From Gemmatimonadota bacterium (lineage in GTDB: Bacteria > Gemmatimonadota > Gemmatimonadetes > Longimicrobiales > Gaopeijiaceae), in assembly GCA_029879725.1 (NCBI GenBank), contig JAOUPR010000001.1:3324-67323 (forward strand): DNA of 64,000 nucleotides, read 5' to 3'. The notes below the pieces were generated by a model. It was given only the letters and a program-made list of their open reading frames with translations, was not told where the DNA came from and searched no databases. Both the position numbers and the translations under genes were made by a program. Positions 63,347-64,000 of the stretch are shown here, one piece after another. Position 1 is the first letter of the stretch. The number at the start of each line of letters is the position of its first letter.

Positions 63347-64000
63347 TCATCCCTTGCACTCGTACCAGTTGGGTCCGACGCCCCAATCGGCCACCAGGGG
63401 CACCTTCAGTTCCACGGCCGACTCCATGCGAGACACGACCACCTCGCGCACGGCCTCCACGACCTCCACGGCAACCTCCAGAAGGAGTTCGTCGTGGACC
63501 TGAAGGAGGATCGCCGCGTCCATGCCCCCCTCGTCCAGAGCCGTCTGGACATCGATCATGGCCCGCTTCATGAGGTCGGCCGCGGTACCCTGGATCGGAG
63601 TGTTCTGGGCAATCCTCTCACCGAACTGCCGCACGTTCCAGTTGCTGGCACGCAGTTCGGGGACGAAGCGGCGGCGCCCCATGAGGGTCTCCACGTACCC
63701 GGCCTCGTGCGCCAACGCCACCTGATCGTCCAGGAACCTCCTCACGCCCGCGAAGCGCTCGAAGTACGTATCGATGAAGCTCTTCGCTTCCTCCCGGGTG
63801 ATTCCGAGCTGCCTCGCCAGGGAGAACGCACCCTGTCCATACAGGGTCGCGAAGTTCACCGTCTTGGCCTGGCCCCGCATCTGCGGCGTGACCTCGTCCA
63901 CGGGTACGTCGAAGATCACGGCGGCGGTCTGCCTGTGGACGTCCACTCCACGCGTGAACGCGTCCACGAACGCAGGGTCACCGGAGAAGTGGGCGAGGAC
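63347..64000 (-). CDS. polA: DNA polymerase I, C-terminal (polymerase-domain) end; gene continues beyond window end
   Basis: Translation ...DVHRQTAAVIFDVPVDEVTPQMRGQAKTVNFATLYGQGAFSLARQLGITREEAKSFIDTYF...LLQVHDELLLEV... = Pol I motifs B and C (HDE), ending at the stop at 63347. Confidence 0.9.
   Translation of the reverse strand, partial: VLAHFSGDPAFVDAFTRGVDVHRQTAAVIFDVPVDEVTPQMRGQAKTVNFATLYGQGAFSLARQLGITREEAKSFIDTYFERFAGVRRFLDDQVALAHEAGYVETLMGRRRFVPELRASNWNVRQFGERIAQNTPIQGTAADLMKRAMIDVQTALDEGGMDAAILLQVHDELLLEVAVEVVEAVREVVVSRMESAVELKVPLVADWGVGPNWYECKG

Noticed and set aside
1-64000. CRISPR arrays, tRNA/rRNA genes, transposases, integrases, prophage genes
   Set aside because: I scanned both strands for direct repeats with regular spacing, tRNA-like cloverleaf candidates in intergenic gaps, and transposase/integrase motifs (DDE, tyrosine recombinase R..H..R..Y). 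Nothing credible was found. The window looks like a conserved chromosomal backbone

Overview
This 64-kb window is chromosomal DNA from a very GC-rich bacterium (roughly 70% GC). A short Bacteroidetes-type RpoD, a TonB-dependent receptor with an N-terminal carboxypeptidase-regulatory-like domain, a DUF5916 protein and collagen-like Gly-X-Y repeats together point to Gemmatimonadota or a related FCB-group lineage; this is inference only. About 57 protein-coding genes are packed tightly, many joined by 4-nt ATGA/GTGA start-stop overlaps. I found no rRNA or tRNA genes, no CRISPR array and no transposase or integrase. Most of the content is housekeeping or metabolic: pckA, maeB, mmsA with a class-III aminotransferase, ssb, the 3' end of polA, rpoD, transporters, peptidases and a TonB-dependent receptor. 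The stand-out is a 7.3-kb minus-strand operon (20181-27492). A sensor kinase and a sigma54-dependent NtrC-type regulator are translationally coupled to an 11-heme c-type cytochrome with a C-terminal membrane anchor, a di-heme cytochrome b, a 12/13-heme cytochrome c and a predicted outer-membrane beta-barrel. A separately transcribed hexa-heme lipoprotein with a (Gly-X-Y)10 collagen-like tether and a second beta-barrel sit next to it, and a polytopic membrane protein lies upstream. I read this as a candidate self-regulated porin-cytochrome (extracellular or periplasm-spanning) electron-transfer module. Other notable items are a ClpB-D2 AAA+ ATPase fused to a C-terminal receiver domain, a SET-domain gene with visibly lower GC3 (likely horizontally acquired) overlapping a class A beta-lactamase-fold gene, an NfeD-flotillin pair, a translationally coupled CDF / KAS II / DUF4126 trio, and a GntR-ABC module followed by two overlapping signal-peptide / C-terminal-anchor proteins. 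CDS coordinates were derived arithmetically from the supplied ORF track after trimming N-terminal over-extensions, which are pervasive because stop codons are rare at this GC content. Non-CDS coordinates were read by eye and may be off by 1-2 nt.
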